Positions 50,877 to 59,558 are shown, counted from the first letter of the stretch. The stretch: 64,000 bases of DNA from Daejeonella sp. (GCF_036405355.1 NZ_DASWXT010000068.1:15303-79302); one strand, 5' to 3'. Made by a program: numbers and translations. Notes: a model not told the origin generated them from the sequence alone.

Positions 50877-50917
50877 CTTTCTATTATTTACCGGTCAATT
50901 TAAAATTCAGTATATCC

Positions 50918-53020
50918 TTAATTTTTTCTAAGCAATTGAAATCCTGCTTTCACTTCCTCCATTGAGCCTGTATTTAATTGTCCTGCAAGCTCTTTTGTAG
51001 ACTCATTTTTATTTAATCCTGCTTTAAGCCCTTTTAAGGCAGCTAGCTGGACATTTGCTCCGGATAATGCTCCGGATGAAAGTGTATTCAAATACGCTGA
51101 ATACTGTTCCTTATTATATCTGGCAGCAATAATATTTGACAAATCCTGAATAAAGCTGAGTTTCCAGCTTTCTTCACTGCTGAAGAATGTATTATCCTTC
51201 ATCAGTGAATTTAAAATTTCAACTGACGAACCTGCTTCAGAGCTTATAACTGCACTCCTGAACCAATCATTCTGTCCGTATTTTCTGATCACCTCAGCTA
51301 AAGCCTCAATCACCTTCTTTCCTTTAAACTGTCCCAGACTAAGTGCAGCTTGCATGGCAACCCGCTTAGATGGGTCATTAACCATTGGAATTAACAGTTT
51401 AACGGTTTTTGGATATCTTTCTGCAAGTATAATGCCATTTTCCCTAACACCAGGCTCAGAATCCAGCAGGGACTTTTTAACGATCTTTTCAGTAAGTGCA
51501 TTCAAACCTTCGAGCACGTAAAGTGCATGTAGTCTTGTTCTTGCATCCTGACTATTAGAAAACAATGAAATCACAGCAGGAATAACAGTTTTATCCTGAC
51601 GTTCAAGCAGCAAACGCTGGGCATTACTGCGATACCAGCCGTTCTTGTGCGACAGATAATCGACCAATTGAAGTCCGGTAGCGTTCTTCAAATCTACTTT
51701 TACTCCCTGGTATGTGCCATTTTCAGGCAGGAGTCGATAAATCCTACCCATATCACTACCCGCCATAAAATCCATTTCAGCTTTAAGATCATCGGGAATT
51801 GAAACCGGTGTTTCGATATGCTGTCTGTAATAATCAAGAATATATAAGTATCCGTCAGGGCCAACAGAGAATGTTACCGGTCGGAACCAGGTGTCAGTGG
51901 AATAAATAAATTCTCTGTTCTTTTCGGATTCGGCACGTTTTGCAACCAGAACCGGACTTGTTTCACTTGGACTTAAAATATCTCTGTGAATCAGACTACC
52001 GGAAACATCCGTTGTAAAAATATTGCCATAAAATTCCTGTGGCAGGGCATCACCATTATAAATAGTACCTCCGGATGCGCCTGTAAAGTGATCTTCTGCC
52101 CATTCTATCCGATTAAGATTCGCTTCTTTGAACATCCTGTTTCTACGGGCACTTCTTTCAGATCTCCAGTAAGCCGGCGGGATTTCCTGAAACATGATCT
52201 CTTCATGATCTGTTATAGTTACATTAAACTTACTGCTTGGCATGAATGCATGTCTGTGAGTATATCTCCAGGGAATTACTGCCTGCTGTAAGTGTATTGA
52301 ATTCTCTGTAAAGAAACGATGTCCCCAGTCGTCAATAGTTTGTCCGAACTGTCCCGGACCAGTCTCAAGTTCAAAAACATCACGGTCCAATCTGAAACGA
52401 AAATCTGCTCCTCTAACCTCAACAGGCGTCGCATCTGGCGATTTACTATAAATCACTTTACCACTCTGACCACGATTATTTGCATAAATCCAGTTATCGA
52501 TCCCCAATTTCAAACTGGTAACCTGAGCCTCAGAGTTATTCTGAAAAAATCCTGAGAACAAAATTTCCCTGATATCTGATTTTCCATCCCCATTGGTATC
52601 CTTCAGATAAAGAATATTGGGAGCGGCAGTCACGATAAGTCCGCCTTTCCATGGCAGCATACTGGTTGCTTCGGTTACATTTTCAGCAAATATGATCGAC
52701 TGATCAATTTTACCATCACCATCAGTATCTTTCAGTATCCGGATACGGCCATGACCCTTACCAGGTTCAACCTCATACGGATAATCAGGCATTTCAATCA
52801 CATAGGCATTTCCCTGTTCGTCAAATTCAAGTGATACCGGGTCAAAAACATGAGGTTCTGATGCAAATAAGGAAACTTTATAGCCTTTAGCCACATTAAG
52901 TTTCTTCATTGACTCCTCCGGACTTAATGGCCCGGGATAACGCTGAGCCATGCTGTTTCCTGCTAATAAAATAAATGGTAATAATAATATGGCTGAGCGG
53001 CCACTGAAATTAGTCTTCAT
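50918..53020 (-). CDS. PVC-type membrane-bound dehydrogenase-like protein (propeller + HEAT repeats) lacking the cytochrome c domain
   Basis: LFASEP...DPV...FDE.G, DTDGDGKID, GQFG..IDDWGHRF, WFRPV...GPDG.LYI.D.YR..IE; HEAT repeats; no CxxCH. Confidence 0.85.
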   Translation of the reverse strand: MKTNFSGRSAILLLPFILLAGNSMAQRYPGPLSPEESMKKLNVAKGYKVSLFASEPHVFDPVSLEFDEQGNAYVIEMPDYPYEVEPGKGHGRIRILKDTDGDGKIDQSIIFAENVTEATSMLPWKGGLIVTAAPNILYLKDTNGDGKSDIREILFSGFFQNNSEAQVTSLKLGIDNWIYANNRGQSGKVIYSKSPDATPVEVRGADFRFRLDRDVFELETGPGQFGQTIDDWGHRFFTENSIHLQQAVIPWRYTHRHAFMPSSKFNVTITDHEEIMFQEIPPAYWRSERSARRNRMFKEANLNRIEWAEDHFTGASGGTIYNGDALPQEFYGNIFTTDVSGSLIHRDILSPSETSPVLVAKRAESEKNREFIYSTDTWFRPVTFSVGPDGYLYILDYYRQHIETPVSIPDDLKAEMDFMAGSDMGRIYRLLPENGTYQGVKVDLKNATGLQLVDYLSHKNGWYRSNAQRLLLERQDKTVIPAVISLFSNSQDARTRLHALYVLEGLNALTEKIVKKSLLDSEPGVRENGIILAERYPKTVKLLIPMVNDPSKRVAMQAALSLGQFKGKKVIEALAEVIRKYGQNDWFRSAVISSEAGSSVEILNSLMKDNTFFSSEESWKLSFIQDLSNIIAARYNKEQYSAYLNTLSSGALSGANVQLAALKGLKAGLNKNESTKELAGQLNTGSMEEVKAGFQLLRKN

Positions 53021-53192
53021 TCCCTGCTTGATTATATATGATCTGGTAATTTTTCACATCCTCTTTCCTGATCAGATTGAGAAAGGTTGTTGTTTAAATA
53101 ATTATTCATCTTAATATTCTGATTTATGTCAAAATATTGCCCCTCATTTACAAGAGTACGTATTTATTAAAAAAAAACATCCCTGGTACCGA

Positions 53193-53200
53193 CAAATTTA
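53193..53200 (-). promoter_or_regulatory. Bacteroidetes -7 box
   Basis: TAAATTTG on minus strand, 5 bp from operator 8. Confidence 0.5.
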
Positions 53201-53205
53201 CATAA

Positions 53206-53219
53206 CGGTAACGTACCCG
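53206..53219. promoter_or_regulatory. Operator copy 8
   Basis: CGGTAACGTACCCG upstream of the dehydrogenase-HiPIP operon. Confidence 0.8.
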
Positions 53220-53326
53220 AAAATTAAATATAAAATCTTAATATCCAAATTTTATTTACTTCTATCACGTAAAAACTATTTGCTTTCTTATAAAAAGAAC
53301 AAGCAGATTCCATTTGACTATAAAAA

Positions 53327-55822
53327 TCATTGAATGGATTTACTGAACACAGTATAACGCACTGGTTGTGAATATTCATTATGAGGAAAGGTATAGAAAC
53401 GGATCTTTCCGTCATTATCCATAGAAAAACCCGGATCATTTTCCAATTGAACAATATTTCCCGAAACATTTCTGGCCGGAAAGTACAAACTGGATCCATC
53501 CGGGAAATCCAGGCGAATATGGGTGACATCAGGTTGAGCAGAATCCAATTCAAGATTATGCTTTCCTCCTGAGTTTTCGGTTCCTTTTAATATGCCCGAC
53601 TTTGCTCTCCCCTTCGCATATTTCCAACCGGCACTCGAAATAAGACTAATTTCATTCCCATTCAGACTAATCCTGTCCTGAATATTTTTACCATTCAATT
53701 CATAATCTATAAGATAGCTATCACCATCTGCACGGACTGATTTTATCCATGGTTTGCCTAGAAAAGGTTCGTGAATGGCAACAAAACTCGATTTGCTACC
53801 GGTATGTCTTTGCATAATTCCAAGGCGCATAAAATTATCAAGTTTATTATCATCCTCAGCGGCGAGTCTGACCGATGGGGCACGAAAACTGAATATCTCA
53901 GCATCTTTTTGGGGTATATGATGAGTGCGCAGCCCAGAATTTTGATAATTCCAGGTTGCTGTCCATGGTTTGCTTGTTATCCCAGCCTTAATATCTTTCA
54001 TATAGGAATAAGCATGGATTTTTTTTCCGATAATATCTGAATCATACTGGTTCATGGGTATAGCAGTCCCTCCCCACTCAGGTACCAGTGTTTTAACAGC
54101 CCGATCCAATGAAATACTGGTTACCAGTTTTCCCTCTTCTTCGCACATGCCATGCAGAAACCAGTCATGTGTCTCCCCTCCTTCCACATCAAAACGGTCA
54201 ATCACATAGTCCTTGCCTTCAGCCGCATGAACAAATATCAGCCTTCTCCTGTATTGGGTGGCCGTAGAATAAGCCGGAGACGCATCAAGATCAATAACCT
54301 TAACCTGAGGATTCTGATCATCATAATACATGAGCCGGCCTGTTACAGGTTTTAATAAAGTTCCCTGGTCCTGGGCTTTCTGATCTATAACAACGGTATT
54401 GTGTGATGCTGTATGTAATGTCCATCCGCGATACTTGGAATGTGTATAACCGATATCTGAAAGCAGCTCAGAACCATTTGCAAACAAGATTATGGAAGCA
54501 TTGTCATAATGCGAATGCCCGTAATTACCACTCCAGTTTACATTGAGCATGGTTTGATCCTTTCCGGTACCGGCAGCTAAAGCTGCATTCCCGAGCGATG
54601 GCCATAGGCGCGAAACAGCAAAACCTTCAGTTTTTACGGGTTTAGCTCTGTTAGCCCAGGTATCATTAAGAGGGAGTTTATGACCATTTGGAAATACTGC
54701 CTGCAGGCTGACATTTAAAGCACTTTTATAAAAAGGCATTGCATTAGTCAGATCAAGATTTTCAAAACGCTCCCCCTTCCAGTCCGCAGGATCTGTATAA
54801 CCCCTGGCTGCTTGAGCAACGCTCTCCAGTCCTCCAATCGTCTGGTCATGATAAGAAACAGTCCCCTCTTTCCACCAGCCATCCGCAAAAAACCCGAGTT
54901 TTAAAAATTCCCTGAAGCGATTCACTCCATCGTGAACAATGTCGGGCCTGTTAAGTATCCGACCCACTCTCACCATATCTCTGTACATACCGGGCGACAT
55001 ATTGGTATAAATTTCAGGGTTAGCCGCGGTAAACTCATAACCCAAAATCAACAGATCTTTTACGATTCTTTGGTCTGTGTCCTTACCTATTTGTGAATCC
55101 ATTCTGTTCCAGTCATAAGCCCCTTTCTGCAAATTTTCATACGCTATGGCAATCTGTACCGGAATATCCCCATAAGCCCACCAGTTCCATTTGGCCCCCC
55201 GGTAAGGAACGAGCCCTTCATAAGGCCATTTCTGATTTGCAGGAAAAAACTTCTTGGGAGCACTTGGATAATCGTATCGTATTGCATAATCAGGGAATAA
55301 CTGTGCAAAACGACCCGCAATCATTGCCGCCCTGTCGCCATAAGCAGGATCTTTTGTCTGGGACCATATCTGAGACAATTGTACCGCCATTTGCTGAATC
55401 CATTTCCAGCGATCAAACCAGGCATGTGCCTCATAGAAATATTGAGTACCCTTGGCGTCCTGAAAATAACGGTAAACCTGTTTTGCGCCACTTGGTGCTA
55501 TGATTACTTTTTCGCCATTATGGGGATATTTTTCATTTGGGAAAGTCATGCTGCAGAACTTACATTTTACCTGATCCCCCATTCCAGGCTCCCAGTTCAA
55601 TATTCCCATCTCCTGGGCGCCTCCCTTACAATTCGGGCAACCGATAAAGAAAATACCTGATCCGGGTGGCACCATATTCTTCACATCAGTCAGAGACATT
55701 TTCATCAAAGGTTCAACTGATGCAATTTGAGCTTCTATATTTTCAGATTTCTGCTGTCCATAAACAAATGCGGGCATAAGAAATGCAAGATATAGGAATG
55801 CTATAAATAATTTATTAATCAT
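53327..55822 (-). CDS. Secreted heparinase II/III-family lyase-like protein with N-terminal CxxC-CxxC module
   Basis: WWKEGTVSYH, GHSHYD...I.LF...ELLSDIGY, W...T.SHNTVVID; CPNC and CKFC. Confidence 0.8.
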   Translation of the reverse strand: MINKLFIAFLYLAFLMPAFVYGQQKSENIEAQIASVEPLMKMSLTDVKNMVPPGSGIFFIGCPNCKGGAQEMGILNWEPGMGDQVKCKFCSMTFPNEKYPHNGEKVIIAPSGAKQVYRYFQDAKGTQYFYEAHAWFDRWKWIQQMAVQLSQIWSQTKDPAYGDRAAMIAGRFAQLFPDYAIRYDYPSAPKKFFPANQKWPYEGLVPYRGAKWNWWAYGDIPVQIAIAYENLQKGAYDWNRMDSQIGKDTDQRIVKDLLILGYEFTAANPEIYTNMSPGMYRDMVRVGRILNRPDIVHDGVNRFREFLKLGFFADGWWKEGTVSYHDQTIGGLESVAQAARGYTDPADWKGERFENLDLTNAMPFYKSALNVSLQAVFPNGHKLPLNDTWANRAKPVKTEGFAVSRLWPSLGNAALAAGTGKDQTMLNVNWSGNYGHSHYDNASIILFANGSELLSDIGYTHSKYRGWTLHTASHNTVVIDQKAQDQGTLLKPVTGRLMYYDDQNPQVKVIDLDASPAYSTATQYRRRLIFVHAAEGKDYVIDRFDVEGGETHDWFLHGMCEEEGKLVTSISLDRAVKTLVPEWGGTAIPMNQYDSDIIGKKIHAYSYMKDIKAGITSKPWTATWNYQNSGLRTHHIPQKDAEIFSFRAPSVRLAAEDDNKLDNFMRLGIMQRHTGSKSSFVAIHEPFLGKPWIKSVRADGDSYLIDYELNGKNIQDRISLNGNEISLISSAGWKYAKGRAKSGILKGTENSGGKHNLELDSAQPDVTHIRLDFPDGSSLYFPARNVSGNIVQLENDPGFSMDNDGKIRFYTFPHNEYSQPVRYTVFSKSIQ

Positions 55823-55854
55823 GATCGGCCATTTATGTTGAGATTGATAAGAAT

Positions 55855-55868
55855 CGTGTACGTACCCG
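55855..55868. promoter_or_regulatory. Operator copy 9
   Basis: CGTGTACGTACCCG upstream of the heparinase-like gene. Confidence 0.8.
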
Positions 55869-56006
55869 AATATAACTATAAAATTATAGAGTTTTAAATC
55901 CGATCAATAAAATATTAAGCAAAATTGAATGATTTCATTTCATTTAAAAAAAATACCTCCAAATAAACTGAGGAACAATGATTTAGATAAAAATAAAAAA
56001 AAATCA

Positions 56007-56033
56007 AAATCCATCTTCTGCTGCACTTCGTAA
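56007..56033 (+). promoter_or_regulatory. Candidate ECF-sigma promoter of the fasciclin gene
   Basis: AAATCC-N16-CGTA about 25 bp before the ATG. Confidence 0.35.
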
Positions 56034-56057
56034 TTCAGGCCAAATAACAAAAGACAA

Positions 56058-56609
56058 ATGAAAAAAATAATAATTCTGGCTGTTGCATTAGTAGCTTCTG
56101 CAATGAGCACAACTGGTTTTGCACAAGGAACCAAAATGGTAGGTGGTGCTGAGATGTACCCAAGTAAAGACATTGTAGACAATGCGGTAAACTCAAAAGA
56201 CCATACCACATTAGTGGCAGCGGTAAAAGCCGCCGGACTTGTAGAAACATTGAAAAGTGATGGTCCGTTTACAGTGTTTGCTCCAACAAATGATGCCTTC
56301 AACAAACTGCCGGAAGGAACAGTTGGTACACTTGTTAAGCCTGAAAACAAGGCTATGCTTACAAAAATTCTTACCTATCATGTTGTTTCAGGCAAATTTT
56401 CTGCAGGAGATGTTGTAAAAGCAATCAAAGCAGGCAAAGGAACTGCAGTATTTACAACTGTAAGCGGTGGAAAATTATCTGCGATGATGAATGGTAAAAA
56501 TGTAGTGTTAAAAGATGAGAATGGTGGCACTGCTACAGTAACCATTGCTGATGTTAATCAAAAGAATGGAGTTATTCATGTTATTGACTCTGTAGTTTTA
56601 CCTAAGTAA
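56058..56609 (+). CDS. Secreted fasciclin (FAS1) domain protein
   Basis: [16 protein letters not shown]...[30 protein letters not shown]. Confidence 0.95.
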   Translation: MKKIIILAVALVASAMSTTGFAQGTKMVGGAEMYPSKDIVDNAVNSKDHTTLVAAVKAAGLVETLKSDGPFTVFAPTNDAFNKLPEGTVGTLVKPENKAMLTKILTYHVVSGKFSAGDVVKAIKAGKGTAVFTTVSGGKLSAMMNGKNVVLKDENGGTATVTIADVNQKNGVIHVIDSVVLPK

Positions 56610-56628
56610 ATAATCAGCTAAATGTCAA

Positions 56629-56663
56629 AATATCCCCGGAATATATCCGGGGTTATTGTTTTT
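56629..56663 (+). terminator. Terminator after fasciclin
   Basis: CCCCGGA-ATATA-TCCGGGG hairpin followed by TTATTGTTTTT. Confidence 0.65.
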
Positions 56664-56664
56664 A

Positions 56665-56672
56665 TATATTTG
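56665..56672 (+). promoter_or_regulatory. Bacteroidetes -7 box for ECF sigma operon
   Basis: TATATTTG about 40 bp before the TTG start. Confidence 0.5.
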
Positions 56673-56711
56673 TCATAACAGCTTGAAAACTGTGGTGAAC
56701 ATATTCAAACA

Positions 56712-57263
56712 TTGAGCCCTAGAACAAAAATATCCTTATCTGAAGATGAATTAGTGATGGCTCTCCGTAATAAGGAAAAAGCCGGAGCTGAAGCTTTGTA
56801 TGATATGTACTCCTCTTCTCTCTACGGTATAATTTTTAGAATTGTTCAGCACGAAGAAATCGCAGAAGATTTGCTTCAGGACACCTTTGTAAGAATCTGG
56901 AACTCCTTTTCTTCTTATGATGCCTCTAAGGGAAGGTTATTCACCTGGATGGTTAATATTGCACGAAATATTTCAATTGACAAAACCCGTTCAAAAGATT
57001 TTCGTAACAGTTCGAAAACCGAAGACATAGAAAATAACGTATTATCTTTAGAAATGCGGGCTGATAATACTTTGAATCCTGAAACTATGGGATTGAAAGA
57101 ACTTGTTGCTAAATTGAAGCCCGAACAGAAAATAATTCTTGACATGGTTTATTTCCGGGGATTTACTCATGCAGAGGTCTCGGAAGAACTTGAAATTCCA
57201 TTAGGAACAGTCAAAACCAGGTTAAGAAATGCGATAATCAGTTTAAGAAAGGTATTTAACTAA
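56712..57263 (+). CDS. ECF sigma factor (SigK-like)
   Basis: AEDLLQDTF..IW, FTWM..IARN..ID, YF.G.TH.E....L.IPLGTVKTR; TTG start. Confidence 0.92.
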   Translation: MSPRTKISLSEDELVMALRNKEKAGAEALYDMYSSSLYGIIFRIVQHEEIAEDLLQDTFVRIWNSFSSYDASKGRLFTWMVNIARNISIDKTRSKDFRNSSKTEDIENNVLSLEMRADNTLNPETMGLKELVAKLKPEQKIILDMVYFRGFTHAEVSEELEIPLGTVKTRLRNAIISLRKVFN

Positions 57264-58073
57264 GTGGAAAACCTCAAATCATATTTGGAAAGCGGTATCC
57301 TTGAACAATATGTTCTTGGTGATTTAAGCATTGAAGAGAGGCTTGAAGTAGAAAAAAACGCCCTTAAATATCCTGAGATCAAAGCAGAACTGATTGAAAT
57401 TGAATCTGCTCTTTTAAGTTATGCTATCTCAAATGCAATTGAACCTTCAACAGCATTACGTAATAAAGTATTAAATTCCCTCGAAATAGCCGAAGCTGAA
57501 ATACACCCTCTATATCCTGCATCATCAAAACCGGGACAATTTTATAAATATGCATTCGCTGCATCTCTCGCCCTGCTTTTCCTTAGCGTTGTTTTACTGA
57601 TTAATCTGAATAGTAAACTCAACGATTCATATACCCAGATTGCTGTGCTGCAATCCGGAAATCAGCGCTTTTCAAATCAGGTCAATTATATTGATGAAGA
57701 ATTAAGGGATACCCGTAATGCATTACACTTTTATCAAAACCAGGCTGCCTATAAACTTGTGACATTAAAAGGCTCAGCTAAAGCTCCGGCAGCAAGTATG
57801 CTGGTTGCCTTCAATCCTGATGAAGAAGAAGTCATGATTGATCTTTCTTCCCTCAAAATGCCATCCAACGATAAAGAACACCAATATCAGCTATGGGCAA
57901 TGGTAGATGGTAAACCGGTAGATCTTGGAGTATTCGACGCCGAGGGCGACAGTACCGGCATGAAAAAAATGAAGTCAGTTAAAAATGCACAGGCTTTTGC
58001 AGTCACCCTCGAACTCCGCGGTGGCAGTGCCAATCCAACCATGGATCAAATGATGGTTATCGGTAGTATTTGA
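57264..58073 (+). CDS. RskA-like anti-sigma factor
   Basis: Y..SGILE.YVLG.L, TM helix, YQLWAM..GKPVDLGVF, AFAVTLE..GGS..PT; GTG start. Confidence 0.9.
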   Translation: MENLKSYLESGILEQYVLGDLSIEERLEVEKNALKYPEIKAELIEIESALLSYAISNAIEPSTALRNKVLNSLEIAEAEIHPLYPASSKPGQFYKYAFAASLALLFLSVVLLINLNSKLNDSYTQIAVLQSGNQRFSNQVNYIDEELRDTRNALHFYQNQAAYKLVTLKGSAKAPAASMLVAFNPDEEEVMIDLSSLKMPSNDKEHQYQLWAMVDGKPVDLGVFDAEGDSTGMKKMKSVKNAQAFAVTLELRGGSANPTMDQMMVIGSI

Positions 58074-58129
58074 TGAGGTGGGAGGTATTAGGCATTAGGT
58101 GTTAGGTATTAGGTGTTAGGTCTTAGGTA
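58074..58129 (+). repeat. Heptamer array right after the anti-sigma stop
   Basis: TGAGGTG GGAGGTA then TTAGGYN x6. Confidence 0.88.
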
Positions 58130-58316
58130 ATAGTGCCACTATTTCTTTTAAAATTGCAGATAATTACCTGAGGCTTTAGGAAGAATCTAACACGATCATT
58201 TACTCCCTTATTCTTATCACTTTTTTTATTTTTAAAGTAAATGTTTATATTTACTTAAACGAAAATCCTCCCTCCAAACTTACATTCCCCAATACAAGAT
58301 TTCTTCATATTCTGTT

Positions 58317-58493
58317 CGAATCCGGGCTATGATTTGTTCGACTCTGGTTCGTAAAAGAACTGGGATGTATCCGAGAAGGATCCGGGATGCTTTCGGTATT
58401 TTCCCGAAGCCTTCCCGGAACTGTCTCGGAACTGTCCCAGAACTGGTACGAAGAAAATACGAACAATTCCCCCAGGGTTCCCGAGTGAAACCG
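58317..58493. repeat. Degenerate 11-bp-period array (phased CG dinucleotides)
   Basis: CG at 58317, 58339, 58350, 58372, 58383, 58394, 58405, 58416, 58427, 58449, 58460, 58482; TG/CA/CC at the in-phase gaps 58361, 58438, 58471. Confidence 0.85.
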
Positions 58494-58723
58494 GGTTAAT
58501 TAAGTTTCGGAATTATTGAAAGGATAATATTTCTTAAAAGTTAAATAGCTTCAAGAGATTTCGAAGACCAGGAGAAAAACCTGATTAGCTAATTCCCACT
58601 ATATTATGATCAGGAAAACTATATGAAACTATGATTTATTGGGCAGAAATGCAAATGAATTATATTAATTCTCATTTATACTGATTCTGCATACCCCTAT
58701 TCAGAACCTAAACTTGCAACAGC

Positions 58724-58800
58724 AAAAAAAAGGGCCGAATAACTAGTATTCGACCCTACATCTACCTATGAAAAACATGCCCTTTGGGGGGCACTTATTT
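58724..58800 (-). ncRNA. Candidate small RNA
   Basis: 5' hairpin GTGCCC..GGGCAT, single-stranded GTTTTTCATAGGTAGATGTA, terminator GGGTCGAATA-CTAGT-TATTCGGCCC-T8, no minus-strand CDS feeding it; 5' end uncertain. Confidence 0.45.
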
Positions 58801-58975
58801 AAGACAATTTATATGCCATTTAGCAATCAATGCCAAATGCTTAAAATGAATGAATTAACGGGAATGGAATTCCCAGATTGAAGAGAATATACCCCAATAT
58901 GTAGATATATTTCCCCGCTATGGTATTTTTTTTAATTTTAAATTAAGAGCTGTTTGCATTTGATATTTTCAAAAT

Positions 58976-59012
58976 AAAAGAGGACAGACAGGTTCTGAAC
59001 CTGATCTGCTCT
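58976..59012 (-). terminator. Probable terminator after DHFR-like gene
   Basis: Imperfect hairpin CAGATCAGGTT..AACCTG-TCTG followed by CCTCTTTT. Confidence 0.45.
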
Positions 59013-59024
59013 AAAACCAAATGC

Positions 59025-59558
59025 TTAATTATCAATACTGTATCGCAGAGATACCAAACCAGTCTCATAAGCTTTGGATTCCAGCAGAGTAATTTTAGTA
59101 TGACTTTCCTTTTCACGGAAAAGAGCTTTACCACTACCAAGCAGTATAGGGTGTACTGACAGCCATAATTCGTCTACCAATCCTTCTTTAAAAAGTGCAT
59201 CTGTGAGCGATGCACCGCCAAAAAGCCAGATATCCTTACCTGACTGTTCTTTTATTTTTCGCGCTTCTGTCATACTATCTTCGGATATAAGCACAGCACC
59301 TTCCTTTACTGATTTAAGTGTTCTGGAGAATACATATTCCTTCATGACCGGCATGCCGGGTATAGATTCTCCATTATTACTATCGGCGTGCTTCTGCGCT
59401 ATTTCGTAGCTTTTACGGCCAATGAAGATAGAATCCACACGGGTAAAGAATTCATTCAAACCATAGTCCTGGTCTGTAAAACACCAGTCGTATTCACCAT
59501 TTGGCCCTTCAATATATCCATCTAAAGTTATGGCCAGTCCCAATATAAGTTTTCGCAT
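59025..59558 (-). CDS. Dihydrofolate reductase-like (RibD C-terminal) protein
   Basis: MRKLIL....TLDGYI.GPNG, IFIGRKSY, IWLFGG..L, PILLG.GK.LF. Confidence 0.88.
   Translation of the reverse strand: MRKLILGLAITLDGYIEGPNGEYDWCFTDQDYGLNEFFTRVDSIFIGRKSYEIAQKHADSNNGESIPGMPVMKEYVFSRTLKSVKEGAVLISEDSMTEARKIKEQSGKDIWLFGGASLTDALFKEGLVDELWLSVHPILLGSGKALFREKESHTKITLLESKAYETGLVSLRYSIDN

Noticed and set aside
50877-50917. Frameshift hiding a cytochrome c domain of the dehydrogenase
   Set aside because: The gap is 41 bp with no CxxCH, and the HiPIP ORF has its own Tat start
58317-58493. CRISPR interpretation of this and the heptamer arrays
   Set aside because: No conserved 25-40 bp repeats with unique spacers and no cas genes
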